A DNA stretch of 64,000 nucleotides from Selaginella moellendorffii (GCF_000143415.4 NW_003314281.1:1527882-1591881), one strand, 5' to 3'; positions 35,914 through 48,524 are shown, numbered from the stretch's first letter. Translations and numbers: made by a program. Notes: generated from the letters alone by a model not told the origin.

Positions 35914-37365
35914 ATGGAGAACGAAGAAGCAAAAATTTCTGGGTCAGTCAAGGCAGTTCCTGGTGGATATGGGCTTCCTTTCTTCGGAGCAATGAGAGAT
36001 AGGCTCGAATTGTATTGGTTCCAAGGGGATGTTGAATTTTTCAAGAGGCGGATTGAGAAGTACAAGAGCACAGTATTCAGGACGAACTTTGCTCCGGGGC
36101 CTCCAGGTTATCAAAATCCCAGAGGTGTAGCTTTACTGGATCACAAAAGTTTCCAGGTGATGCTCGACAACAGCAAAGTGGACAAGAGCGACACCTTCTT
36201 CGGAACTGCAATGCCGAGTGTTGCATTCACGGGTGGCTATCGTGCTCTGCCATATCTGGACACCACCGAAGAGAAGCATACTTTGTACAAGCGCATGCTC
36301 ATCGAGCTACTGCACGTGAAGTTCTCAAGCATGGTGACCGAGTATAGCAAGGCTTTCGCTGAAACATCTGCCACCTGGGACTTGGCCGTGGCGAAGTCTG
36401 GAAAAGCCGAGGTTGGAGACTCGAGTGGTAGAATGGTGGTGAATTTTCTCCTGAAGAGCATCACTGGGCATCAGGATCCAGCTTCCATCATTGGAAGTGA
36501 TCCACACTCAACATTCCAGACATGGTCTTTCGTGCAGTTTGCAGGAACTGTTGTTGGCGTGCTTCCGCACTTTGTGGAAGAGCTGACTTACCACTCGTTC
36601 TCTCTGCCTTCGATGTTGGTGAAGTCTAAGTACGCTGCTCTGTGCAAGTTCTTCAGGAATTATGCAACCGAAGCTTTAGATCTGGCGGAGAGCAAGTATG
36701 GCCTGGACAGAGAAGAGGCTGTGCACCAGCTGGTTTTCTGCTTTGGAGTGAACGCAAGAGTGGGACTGATGAAGAAAATTCCAGTTATGGTCTACTACAT
36801 CGCCAAAATGGGTCCTGAATTTCAAGCTAGACTTGCAGACGAGGTACGTTCGGCTATCAGTGAACAGGGAGGCGGTGGTTTCACTGTGAAAGCACTATCA
36901 GGCATGCCTCTGCTCAAATCAACAGTTTTAGAGGCTTTCAGGTTGATGCCATCCACATTTTTTGTCTATGGTCGTGCCAGAGAAGATATAGTCGTCGAAA
37001 GCCACGATGCTTTGTACAAAGTTGGGAAAGGCGAGCTTCTTGGTGCTCATTGGTACTATGTTCTGAGGGATCCTAAGGTGTTTGAGGATCCGCAGCGTTT
37101 CAATCCTGAGAGGTTTATGGGGAAACAAGGAGAGGCTTTGTTTCCGCAGCTGGTCTGGTCGAATGGAAGGCAGGATCAAACACCTGGTGAAAATGATAAG
37201 CAGTGTCCTGCTAAAGATTACGCTGTGATGCTCACCAGTCAGTTTGTAGCTGAAATGTTTTTGAAGTATGATGCTTTCGAGATCACTGAAGATTCTACGA
37301 TTGATACAACAAGTCTCAAGGTGGCTTTCAAATCGTTGAAGAGCCGTGCACAAATTTCTTCATAA
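35914..37365 (+). CDS. CYP74: CYP74-family cytochrome P450 (oxylipin AOS/EAS/DES/HPL group), intronless
   Basis: VPGGYGLPFFGAMRDRL, YKSTVFRTN, TGGYR..YLD, ExxR, FNPERF, LVWSNG, heme-ligand DKQCPAKD. Confidence 0.95.
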   Translation: MENEEAKISGSVKAVPGGYGLPFFGAMRDRLELYWFQGDVEFFKRRIEKYKSTVFRTNFAPGPPGYQNPRGVALLDHKSFQVMLDNSKVDKSDTFFGTAMPSVAFTGGYRALPYLDTTEEKHTLYKRMLIELLHVKFSSMVTEYSKAFAETSATWDLAVAKSGKAEVGDSSGRMVVNFLLKSITGHQDPASIIGSDPHSTFQTWSFVQFAGTVVGVLPHFVEELTYHSFSLPSMLVKSKYAALCKFFRNYATEALDLAESKYGLDREEAVHQLVFCFGVNARVGLMKKIPVMVYYIAKMGPEFQARLADEVRSAISEQGGGGFTVKALSGMPLLKSTVLEAFRLMPSTFFVYGRAREDIVVESHDALYKVGKGELLGAHWYYVLRDPKVFEDPQRFNPERFMGKQGEALFPQLVWSNGRQDQTPGENDKQCPAKDYAVMLTSQFVAEMFLKYDAFEITEDSTIDTTSLKVAFKSLKSRAQISS

Positions 37366-38058
37366 ACGTGCTCAATCGATATATCCTGGCCAGTGAAATA
37401 TGAAGCTTGACGGCACGTTGGTTCAATAAACAACTTATCAGTCACCTTCAGAGCATTCAACACCTGGCAAGTCTAGACAAATGTGTGTGTCTCTTCGGAT
37501 AGACATCAGCCATACCAAACACTGCAGGTTAATAAGCTCATTATTTGAAACTTTTTATTGTATAATATCAATATTTAATGAGTGGTTTGATAGCTTTTGT
37601 AAGTTAAATTTCTAAATATAGCTTGTAGTTTCGATGCAACTATTATTCTTGAATCTTAATCCTTGCATTAGAAATTATAATAAAATATGGTAAGAGGGAA
37701 TTAATTTCAATTAGTACAACTATAACTATTATATGGCAATCATCCTAGGTGTACCCGTTGTAAATTATACTGCAAGCTAAATCAATTAAAACATATGTCT
37801 AAGTGTGTAAAAAACCATGCAAACATGGTGTGCATTCCCATGCTTTGAAAAAAGTTACGTCTAAATTATTTTGTGAGTCACAGATGTGTTTAAACAATTC
37901 AAAAGTGGTCTGTCACCATGCGGCACCAAGGAATAGACAGGGATCTTGTGGGTGGGCCCGTGGGTGGGTGTCAAAGGCAATTGTGTTGATCTCACTTAGT
38001 GGCCTCTATTACCACTGCCTTGCTAGAACTCTTTGGCGCAATCTCAACAACACCCTTG

Positions 38059-38104
38059 GGCGAGATCTCTTTACATGTGCCGGCGAGATCTCTTTACATG
38101 TGCC
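38059..38104. repeat. Perfect 23-bp tandem duplication
   Basis: ggcgagatctctttacatgtgcc twice. Confidence 0.9.
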
Positions 38105-38681
38105 GAAGATCAAGCACCCAGATCCCAGCCACAATTTCCTCCAAAGTCCCACCTTCAATTGTTTTGTGTCTCCATTGCCCCAAAATCTTGAGCTCAATCT
38201 CACCTCAAATTCTCTCATGAGAAGGATTAATCTTTGCATGTGCTACAGCCAAGAAAATCATAAAAAAGTCACAATGAGATTTTATAATGCTTTGCACTTG
38301 CCAAACTCTATGGATCATAGATTGAATTGAATTATTCAAAAGAAGAGGAAATGACATGGGCGTACATAATACACACAGTGATTTTTTACATAATAATTTT
38401 GTGTGCAATTGAAAAAAAAACCATTTAGATAATAAAATTGTCAGCACATTATTGCAATTTTATGAAAGAACTATCTATGAGAAAATAAAAATATTTCACT
38501 TAGAAATTGTGTGCCAAAACATGTACTTAAATTATGTTTTAGTACCTAATATTAAATTATAGTGGTTAATAAAATAAATCACAACCCTTAAAAATTTGAA
38601 ATCATAAAATTCTGAAAGCCTACCCTAACCTAAAAATATTGTTAAAAGAAAAACATTTCTAAGAATATCTAGTACCATTCT

Positions 38682-40657
38682 TCAAGCTTGTTTCTTGATT
38701 TTGTGAGGACTGGCAACCGTCTCAGCTCGCTGGCAGGCAGCCATGGTTTTGACATGCTCAAACTCATCGCCCTACACAACATGATCCATCAGCATTTCTA
38801 CAGCCTAAGCTACCAAACTTACCTTAATTGCTACGAACACATCATAAAGGCTATCCACCTTTGGTCTTCTGCTTTCAGGAGCTCGGCTTGTTTGGAATTC
38901 ATCGAACCTACAATGCAAAGATCAGATTCCTATACTAAAAGACGCCTGCATTTTTTACTTACATATATAAGTCTTCGTTCTCGTAGTATGCCACAGCTTC
39001 TGGCGATGGAGGGAGTTGTTTGAGGAGTTCCTCATTCTCGTCGACAAATTGGCCGTAAGTGTCCACTGTTTGTTCGATGAAACACATAAATTGATACAAT
39101 CCGTGTAAGATTGATCATTTCATACCTGCATGCATTTCTATTAGCTCTGAGAAATTGTAGGCGACTTTGGGCGAGACGAAAAACATGAAGTTCAGAATCT
39201 GCATTTAGATGACAGATATCGATTATTCTTGCTTGTGAGCCAAAATAAACATACCCAGTAATAAAAGAATGCTGCATGTTGTCCGAAGAATCGATCTCCC
39301 CATAGCAAATCTCCTCCAAGAGATTCCATGATTTTTAGATGGTGCATTTCATTCCATTCCTGGCACACCATCGTAAGTAGAATAGAAAGAGAAACTGAAA
39401 AAATGTACCTCTGCAAAATGGACTTTCCTTACATCCGCACCTACACGCCACCTACAAAAATAGTGAAGAAGATCAAGTCGCCAGCGGAATAACGCAAGCT
39501 CGTGAATACTAACCAGCCAAGAGTTTCGTACAAATGCAGCATAGAAATATATCTGTAAAGTTCGAAGTCAAGGATTCTCGGCCTTCGAAACAAAAGCCTT
39601 TAACTCAAGGATACGAAAAGTAAGGCATTCTTGCTACGGTTTCCAGAAACCAGAAGCGTTGAATTGGCCTGCCCTCAAAGATTACATCTAGCATCTGCAA
39701 TCACGAAATAAGATTAGAAATCAAATGTAATCGTACCAGAGAAAAACTGCGAAGACTACAAGCTCGGAAGCAATGCATACCCAACAAAGAGCGTAATACG
39801 GACCAAGAATCCACCAGGGAGCCTCAACAGGCGGTCGATTGCGCTCCCTCTCCCAGACGGCGTCTCTGTTCAGTGTTAGCTTCGCGAGAGCTTTTCTGAG
39901 ATCCTCTTGCTCCGTGTCAAGCACCTGCATGAAATACAATGAGCTCTAGCAAGCACTCTCACGCTCACTTACCAGGAGCTCTTCTTTCAGCACTGGCAAT
40001 CCATCGTAAAGTTGGAGTATCTTGTCGAATCCTCTGAAAAAGAGAACAAATCCACGTCCCAAGTAAGCAGCAGCAACACCAAGTGGTTCGGAGTCTGAAA
40101 AGGCATCGTTAGAACAACCGGAGACTAAGATTTAGCTACCACCTTCTGAGATTTCAAACTCTCCAAACAGATAGCTTCGTCTCAGCGCCTGGAAGTATAG
40201 AACCAACGTGTGAAGGAGGAGGAAACAATGGACAACGGATGTAAACCTTCCATTCTCGACCAAAGTTCTCGAATGCAAGCCTGAAAAAACTCCCAGGAAC
40301 ACTGGGACCTTGGCGAAGGAACTTTGCCTGGAAGCCATAGTTGAACGCAATTCTCTTTGGCTTGTGCGAGTGCGTGATAGATAGATGCTCCTCGATCGCC
40401 TCCAACCTGAGCTCGCGGCTGGATTGCGCAATGGAAGACGGCGAATCATTCCCAACGCTTCCTTGAGCCCTCACAAGCAGCCATTGAGCCCTATCGTTGC
40501 GGATTTTGGTAGAACCAGGGTAAGCAAGCCGACGGAAACTTACGCGAGCGCTAAAGAAGCTGGAATCGAGGCGCCTTGATCGCCGAGCTGGAGAATGCAA
40601 GAATTTTCGATCGCTGGAGCTTGGATCAGTGCTGGCGGCGCAGCTACACAGCGCCAT
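38682..40657 (-). CDS. PTOX: Plastid terminal oxidase (plastoquinol oxidase), multi-exon
   Basis: Ser/Arg-rich transit peptide from ATG 40657; spliced [65 protein letters not shown] carry the diiron ligands. Confidence 0.92.
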
Positions 40658-40883
40658 TCTCGCACAAACAAAGACGAGAAGAATAACGAATACTCTAGAG
40701 CTCTGATACCTTAGAACCACTAGGAACACGACGGGTGGCTTCATCTCAGCCGTTGATTCTAGGGCTCTAGAGAATATCTTTTTCTTTGGCACGAAGGAAG
40801 CGCTTTTTACATCAACGGCTGGGTCTTCTTCAAAACCACTTGGTCGTATTCCGTGAATTTCCATTGATCGATCCATCGCGAGA
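40658..40883. promoter_or_regulatory. Putative bidirectional promoter / 5' UTR region shared by PTOX and AOX
   Basis: Only 226 bp between the two divergent ATGs; regulatory function is inferred. Confidence 0.55.
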
Positions 40884-42076
40884 ATGCAAAGCGCCAGAGG
40901 TGGAATCCTTAGGCTGGTAGTGCGGCGCATCTCTACTCCATCCGCGGCGGCGCCGCTCGCTTCATCGAAGATCGCCGCTGTTCTCCCAGGCAGGGTTTTC
41001 CAGTTGTTCGATCTTGGAGGTGGCGCTAGGGATTACGGATCTGTCGCAGCAGCGGTGAAAAGCGAGGAGGCCGAGGCCGATCTCCAATGCCAGGGGCAGC
41101 CGCCGGAAAAGAAAGATGAGAAGAAGGACGTGGTGATCTCCGACTACTGGGGAATCCTCCCCAAGAAGCTCGTCGACGAGCAAGGCAAGCCATGGCCGTG
41201 GAATTCCTTCAGGGTAAGCGCGATCGCATTCGTCTTTTTGGAAATTTCTTGTTTCTCACCGAGATTTTCGGCTTCTCTCGCAGCCGACCGAAGCGTATGC
41301 TCCAGATTTGACCATCGATCTCAAGAAGCACCACAATCCCGTGTCGGTGGTCGATAAGCTTGCGTACTGGACTGTTAAGACGCTGCGTATTCCAACAGAT
41401 ATCTTCTTCCAGGTATGCTCGCATGGCGAATTTTTTTTTTCTCTTAGTTGATGGTTTGATCTTTGAATCCAAAGAGGAGGTATGGATGCCGGGCTATGAT
41501 GCTGGAGACTGTGGCTGGAGTTCCCGGGATGGTGGGTGGCATGCTCTTGCACTGCAAATCCTTGCGCCGATTCGAGCACAGTGGGGGATGGATCAAAGCT
41601 CTGCTCGAGGAGGCCGAGAACGAGCGGATGCATCTCATGACTTTCATGGAGGTTGTCCAGCCCAAGTGGTACGAGCGGGCGTTGGTGTTTACGGTCCAGG
41701 GGGTGTTCTTCAATGCCTACTTCCTGTGCTACGTGCTTTTCCCTCGATTGGCACACCGGATAGTGGGCTATCTGGAAGAAGAAGCGATCCATTCCTACAC
41801 TGAGTACCTCAAGGAGATCGACAAGGGAACCATCCCCAACGCTCCCGCTCCCGCCATCGCGATTGACTACTGGCGCCTTCCAAAGGATGCAAAGATGCGT
41901 GACGTTGTGGAAGTTGTCCGAGCTGATGAGGCGCACCACCGAGACGTAAATCACTTTGCAGCTGTAAGTTTCTCCTCGTTGCTTTTTTCTTGGTAACGTG
42001 AAGTCTCTTTGTGCAGGATATTCACAAGGCTGGCAAGGAACTGCGCTCGGCCGCTGCTCCTTTGAGCTACCACTGA
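40884..42076 (+). CDS. AOX: Mitochondrial alternative oxidase, 4 exons
   Basis: Presequence, [57 protein letters not shown]-terminal APLSYH. Confidence 0.97.
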
Positions 42077-42832
42077 TAAGATCCCTGAGCAAGCATGCAG
42101 AAGGAATACGAAGAGTTTACAATAAAAAAGAGGAGGTAAATACATACATGCTGCCTTTCTAACAGGTGGCAAATCTATGTCTTACTTATAGCAGCAGCTT
42201 TCTCTTTCGTTAAACTACGTGAAAGCCAAGAACAGTCGATTCGCGTCGAGGGTCAAAACAAAATAAATCCCTCTGCGACGTCGACAAATCTTTGCATTCA
42301 ATAAGAAGGCTTTTCATGTGGCAAGAAAAACCAGAGGTCACGAAGATTCAAGAGCTCGCGACTTGAGTGGCCTGATCACAGTCTGGTCACAACGGAAGGG
42401 TGTCCGTGATTCATCTGAAAGCTCAGTTTTTGTTCGGCTCGGCCACAGTGGTGGCTCTTGTGATCTTGTCCTGGCGCTCTTAAATTAGATTGATCGTCGA
42501 GGGGGGCTCAAGAACAGGATCAAACAGAGCGTCACTCTGCGACTTAAGTGAAATCTCAAGGGAGGTTTTTGGCCGGAAAAGAGGTAGTACCAGACTATAC
42601 AGTGGGGTGGTGGTACTCGAAAGATTCTCGCTTTTTCTCTCTCGCATTTTGGCTGGGTTCTTCCACTAGCGAGAAAGAGCTTAGAAGAAAGTCTGTGGCG
42701 TTTTGTGGCGCGCATCTCGAAGAGAAGAGCAGAGCTAAACCAGAAACATACATTGTTCTTCATAGCTAGCTCGAGCGAAGAACAGGTTTTCGATCGAGTC
42801 CCTGCGACTGCGAGAAGTTAACTCTCGGATCC

Positions 42833-44164
42833 ATGGGCAGATTTCCTCTCCGCGGTGCTCTTGTTCTTGGGCTTTGGCTGCTCTTCCTCTCCATCACCGC
42901 TCAATGCCAAGCTCCAGCGTCATTTGTTTTTGGGGACTCGCTGGTGGATGGTGGCAACAACAACTATATCTTTTCGCTGTCCAAGGCCGACCAGCCGGCT
43001 AATGGCGTCGACTTTCCCGGCGGACGGCCCACTGGGCGATTCTGCAATGGAAGAACCATCCCGGACATCATCGGTACCGGGAAAAAATGGATTTTTTCTG
43101 CCTCTTTCTGATTGATTCGTGTGTTTGCCAGGCGAGAGTTTTGGAATTCCATACGCTCCACCGTATCTAGCACCCACAACGCACGGCGCAGCGATCTTAA
43201 GGGGCGTGAACTATGCGTCCGGTGGTGGAGGAATCGTGGACGAGACCGGACGGATCTTCGTGAGTGTTTTCAAGTTTTTATTCCTCCCTCACTTATTTCA
43301 ATGCTCTTGTGGTCTCAGATTGGGAGATTGTCGCTGTCAAAGCAACTTCTCTACTTCCAAAACACCACGCGCGAGCTCAAATCCATGCTCGGCGAGGACG
43401 CTGCCCGCCAGTACCTCGCAAAATCCATTTTTTCCGTCACCATCGGCGCCAATGACTACCTCAACAATTATCTCTTGCCCGTTCCTCTCACCGGGGACTC
43501 TTTCCTCACGCCGCGCGCCTTCCAGGACAAGCTCATCACGAACTTCCGGCAGCAACTCACAGTTAAGTCCATGCAAAGTTCTCGTGATCATCTAAAAGTT
43601 GCTGCTTTCCAGACGCTTTACAACTCGGGTGCTCGCAAGATCATTGTCGCGGGAGTTGGACCCATCGGCTGCATCCCATATCAGCTCACGCTCAATCTCC
43701 GGAGGGATGGGAGTTGCGTTTCGAGTGCCAACAAGCTTGCACTGAACTACAACACGGCCCTGAGAGATCTCATCCTGGAACTCAACTCCAAACTCCCCGG
43801 ATCGATGTTCTCCTACGCAAACGCTTACGACGTTGTCTGGGATATCATCACCAACAAGAAAAACTACGGTAAATTCTCATTCTTTTCTCGATTCATTCCA
43901 TAGTTTTTCTCATTCGTTTCTTGATTGATCTTGTTTAAAGGCTTCGAGACGAGCGATCTAGCTTGCTGCGGGATTGGAGGGCCGTACAAGGGGGTTCTTC
44001 CCTGTGGCCCAAACGTGCCCGTGTGCAACGAGAGATCCAAATTCTTCTTCTGGGATCCGTACCACCCCAGCGATGCCGCCAATGCGATTGTGGCCAAGCG
44101 CTTCGTCGATGGCGACGAGCGAGACATTTTCCCGCGCAACGTGAGGCAGCTCATTGAAATGTGA
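42833..44164 (+). CDS. GDSL esterase/lipase, 5 exons, secreted
   Basis: Signal peptide, FVFGDSLVDGGNNNY, GVNYASGG, IGANDY, GPIGCIP, FWDPYHPS. Confidence 0.96.
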
Positions 44165-44358
44165 TTGATTGATCGATCCATCCATTCCATTTTTTTCCAT
44201 ATCTCCACTCACTGATCCTTCAATGCAATCCAGCTCCTCCCATTTATTTATTCCTTCAAAGCTCTTTTTCTTCTCTGTTTCAGGAGTAAAATTTAAAGTT
44301 TCGTTTAGCGCCGCTCGACGTCGTGTGTTCGAATCTAGGGTTTAAGGTTTTGTGCGCG

Positions 44359-45802
44359 ATGGCGATGGCGGAGCTCGATTCTGGCGCTGCCGTCACGTCC
44401 TGGAACTACAGCGGTGAAAGAATGGCTGTGGGGTTCACCGATGGCGGCGCCGAGGTGTGGAGCAAGGGATTTGGGAATGGATCGCCTGCATTGTCGTTGG
44501 ATTTCAAATGGAAGGTGAGTGCGCTTCTTTCGATGCTCTACGTAGGATTTCTTGCTTGTACGAGATGGAAATCTTTCCTTTTCTTTAGTTTCTAGTGTTG
44601 CTCGTCGGGAAGAAATTTTTTCCAGGATACTTCTTCACAGATACGCGTGTCTCTAGGCTCATGAAGGTTCCTCTATCGTGAAACTTTGCTGGGGACCGAT
44701 GGAGTTCGGCGACATTGTTGCTTCTTGCTCTAAAGATGGTTCGGTTTGCGTCTGGGAAGAAATCAATGGTACGACCTTTTCTTTGCCTCGAGCGCAGCAT
44801 TCTGACAATAGTTCCTTGTTTTTTCCTTATCTTTTCTGAAGAGAATGGCAAGCTCAAGTGGAGGCAGTGTGCTCAGCTAGCTGAAAACAGCTACTGTCTG
44901 GATCTAAAGTTTGGAAATTGTCTCGGCGGCTTGAAACTGGTACGTAAACTATTGGAAGTCCTTTTAGTTTTCTTTTCTGATTAGTTTTGATACAGGTTAC
45001 AGCTTGTGCTGATGGTTATGCCAGGATTTACGAAACCTCGGACTGCATTGATCTTTCAAAGTGGCAGCTTCAGGTAGGCCAAGTTCTTGATTTTTCTTTC
45101 TTTTCTTTTCTCTCTAAGTTTCGGATAAAATACAGGCGGTGGTTTCGAACGCGACAGATGTGACTGAGAAGATTGGGAAGTGCTCCTGCTCTGGAGCTTC
45201 CATCTCATGGAAGCCTCCGGCTGGTTCTATCCAGCAGCCACTTTTCGCACTTGGCTACTCCACAGACGTCTCAGCATTCTCCACAACGAAGGTATAACAC
45301 TGCAAGATAGTTCTCAAGCTTTGGTACTTTCACAGATCTGGGAATTCGCTGAAGAGCATAGACGCTGGTATCCCATTGCCGAGCTCTCAAATGCGGACGA
45401 CAGCGTTGGAGTAAGCTCCATATCGTGGGCTCCAAATCTCGGAAGGTAACTAGCTACAAGCTTTCTATCCTTGTCATTTCTGATGTACGTCCGCTCCAGG
45501 CCGAATGAGTTGATAGCAGTGGCTTCCGGAAGCACTGTCTCAATCTGGGACTTGGAAATCGGTGGAAAGCAGGGGGTTTCCGTGCAGAGAATCGCAGAGC
45601 TAGAGCATAGCGCAGAGGTGAGCATCCAAAGCTTTAAAAAAGTGTTTTTTTTCCAAGAAAAATCTATCATTTTTAGGTGTGGCAAATCGATTGGGACATG
45701 AGCGGCATGACATTGGCATCGTCTTCCTCGGATGGAACCGTGAGGCTGTGGCAAGCTGGTTTAGATGGAGCGTGGAGGCAGCAAGCTTCACTAAGAGCTT
45801 GA
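44359..45802 (+). CDS. SEH1: WD40 nucleoporin SEH1
   Basis: SWNYSGER, WGPMEFGDIVASCSKDGSVCVWEE, LDLKFG, SWAPNLGRPNELIAVA, VWQIDWDMSGMTLASS. Confidence 0.88.
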
Positions 45803-45987
45803 TAAGGCTCGTCCTCGGACAAGATTCTTGAACCAACGGCCAGGATGAGACGTGTATTCCGTTCCATAATTCACGGGCAATGTGGGTCGTTGGATCCTCT
45901 CATTTGTCGGCCTGACGCCTATTATGAAGTGAGAGCAAAGCAAGCCCTTGGCCTGGTCGGGGAGAGACGGCGGAGGCGACGACGGCA

Positions 45988-47469
45988 ATGGTGAGTGGAG
46001 TGTGTCTCGAATCGAGTTTCTAGGGTTTATGATCTCGTTTTGCTCTTGTCTAGGGGGACGATCGCAGGCGCAGCAGGTAAATGTTTGCTCTGACGGCCTT
46101 TAGGTGTGCTCATTGCTGCGATTTCCAGATATTCGCAGTCCCCATCGCCGAGGCGAGGTCCATCGCGGAGCCCTCCGCCGCTAAAATCACCTCTCAAGTA
46201 TGTTGCTGTTTTTGGTGGAGATTTCGAGCTCAAAGAGTCGGTTTTTCCAGGGAGGATCCTGACAATCCGGGAAATAACCTCTATGTCACTGGGCTCTCGA
46301 CGCGGGTTGCGGAAAAGCAGCTCTTGGAGCATCTCTCGCGAGAGGGGAAGGTATTCCTCCTTAAAGTTTGGGTTTCTTCTTTGCTGTTCTTGGCTTAAAA
46401 CCTTGTTCTACAGGTCCTGGAGTGTCGGATCGTGGTGGATCCGAGGACCAAGGAGTCTAGAGGGTTTGGATTCGTGACAATGGCCAGTACGGAGGATGCG
46501 GAGCGCTGCATCAACTATATGAATCGCTCCACGCTCGAGGGCCGTATAATCACGATAGAGAAGGTAAGTATCCTCTCTAAGTCTTCCTATACAAGTTTCT
46601 TCTTTTTGTTTTTTCGATTCTTTGCTACGCATGGAGTGCTGCAGCTAGAGCAAACGATGCTAATCTGGTTGCTGGTCATCCAGATTTTTCAGTTTTTTAC
46701 TTCTCGGGCGGCTCTTTTTCAAGCAGCCACTTTGACTTCAGACAAATGAGCGAGCTGTGCGCTGGGCTCTGCTTCATCAGTCTTTGCCTTCTCCAGAAAA
46801 ACATCAAGCATCAATCTCTCCTGATCCAACCAGTCTGCTTCAAACACCAAAAAAAAAGTCTGCTCCAAATCTCAATTCAGAAGCCCCACCTTAGCAGCAT
46901 TCCCAGTTGCGAGCTGTGCGAACTTTGATGAGATGCGGTCAGTGCAGCAGTTATCAAAAATCCGAGCGTTAGAAACCAGTGACCCTCCCTTTCAAATCAT
47001 GCTCCACTGGAAGTCTTTGAGGTTCTTTTCTCTGACTTGAGTTTTTTGCATTACCTACAGGAAGCGCTTTGCCATCAGCTTTTACATTTTCCATTTGGTA
47101 CTGATTGCATTCTTCGATGCAGGCTAGGCGCAAGAGACCACGAACTCCTACACCTGGAGAATACCTGGGTGTCCGAGGCAAGTTTCTCGTCATTTTCTTT
47201 TCAGGAAAGAAGGATTTTGTTCTAATGTTTCTTCTGATACAGCTCCTCCAAGATCTCGGCCACCGGGTTACGGTCCACGACATCGCGAGAGAGACCGAGA
47301 CAGGGACTACAGGGACTACTCCCGTAGATCACCCCGCTACTCTCCATACAGGGGTGATAGCCGCGACAGATCTCCACACGGTCGGAGCTACCGCAGGGAG
47401 CGATCCCGTTCGCCTTACTACTACCGCAGGGAACGCTCTCGCTCGCCTTACCACATGTACCGACGCTGA
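45988..47469 (+). CDS. SR45a: SR45a / Tra2-like RS-RRM-RS splicing factor
   Basis: ATG directly followed by an intron, NPGNNLYVTGLSTRV, ESRGFGFVTM, KARRKRPRTPTPGEYLG, RS tail; last intron is GC-AG (47178-47242). Confidence 0.9.
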
Positions 47470-47654
47470 CCACCACAAGGTTTGCAGTGACATTCTCTAT
47501 TTCCATTCAAAATCCAACTGACTGGCGCTCTGGAACAGGCTTCTCTTCATTTACCTGGACACTGCTACTCTCATCCCACACTCTCAAGTTTGTACTCCAA
47601 AGAAAAAGGACATTTTTACATTACCAAATGGTGGTGGTGGTCGAGTTTTTCTCC

Positions 47655-48524
47655 TCAAGGTGGTGCTGGAAGTGCCGCTGTTTGGTTGCTACTAACTGGT
47701 GGTGGCACTGAAGCTTTGTCCGGGACAGTGGCAGCCGAGGCCTCCGCTTGTTGCTGCTTGAGCTTGTATCGCGGGACGAAACCTCGCTTGGAGTAAGGCG
47801 TGGTTTTTACGCACTCGAAGTAGGCCGCCGCGAACTGGGTGATCTCGCAGGATTCACGCGAGTAATTGAAGAGCTTCTTGGGTTTCACCTGAATCGGCGG
47901 AAGAACACACGAAGAGAGTGAAAAGGGATGGATCCAGATCTTTCGTACCAGAGGTTGCGAGCACCAGCCATACTCTTGCGACGCCGTCATGGGGACTTCG
48001 TACTTCTCCGGTGGTGGCATGTCGAGGTCCTGGATTGGGAAGCACGCGCCGAGAAACTTTTGCGCCTCCTCAAATTCCTGTTTGGTCACTGCAGTCTCGT
48101 ATGGTAAACGTTTCTCGAGGAAGCCAGCGATGGAAGATACCTTTCCTCGACGACGTTACTTGGGTGGGCTTCTTGGTGAGCACTTCGGCTGTTTCAAAGT
48201 GAAATATTTTGCCAAGCAAGGATCAGACGGATGGAAAAGAGGAAAAAAATGCATTTTTTTGCTTGTTTTGGGCAGTTTTTTTCGGCGTTGTGAGAATGTT
48301 GGAAGCGAATGAACGAGGCGTGCAAACGAACCTGTGAGTGGATTCAGTCGGTACTCGGCAGCTTGCACCTCGACGGCCTCGAGCTTCGAATTCATGCTTT
48401 TGTAGAGATTGTCGAGAGCTACCATGTCGTCCACGACTGGGAATCTTTGCGGGCGGTGCTGCTGCCCGCGGCCTTTAGCTGGGGACGAGGAGGGGGAGGA
48501 ATGCTGCTGCTTGGAGGAAGCCAT
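47655..48524 (-). CDS. CFAP144/FAM183-like flagellar protein, ~4 exons
   Basis: Spliced YRLNPLTAEVLTKKP..PPEKYEVPMTASQEYGW..ESCEITQFAAAY matches the FAM183 motif pattern. Confidence 0.7.

Noticed and set aside
30725-44164. Oxylipin gene cluster (HIBCH-like, CYP74, GDSL lipase)
   Set aside because: No lipoxygenase, genes interleaved with unrelated loci, all common families.
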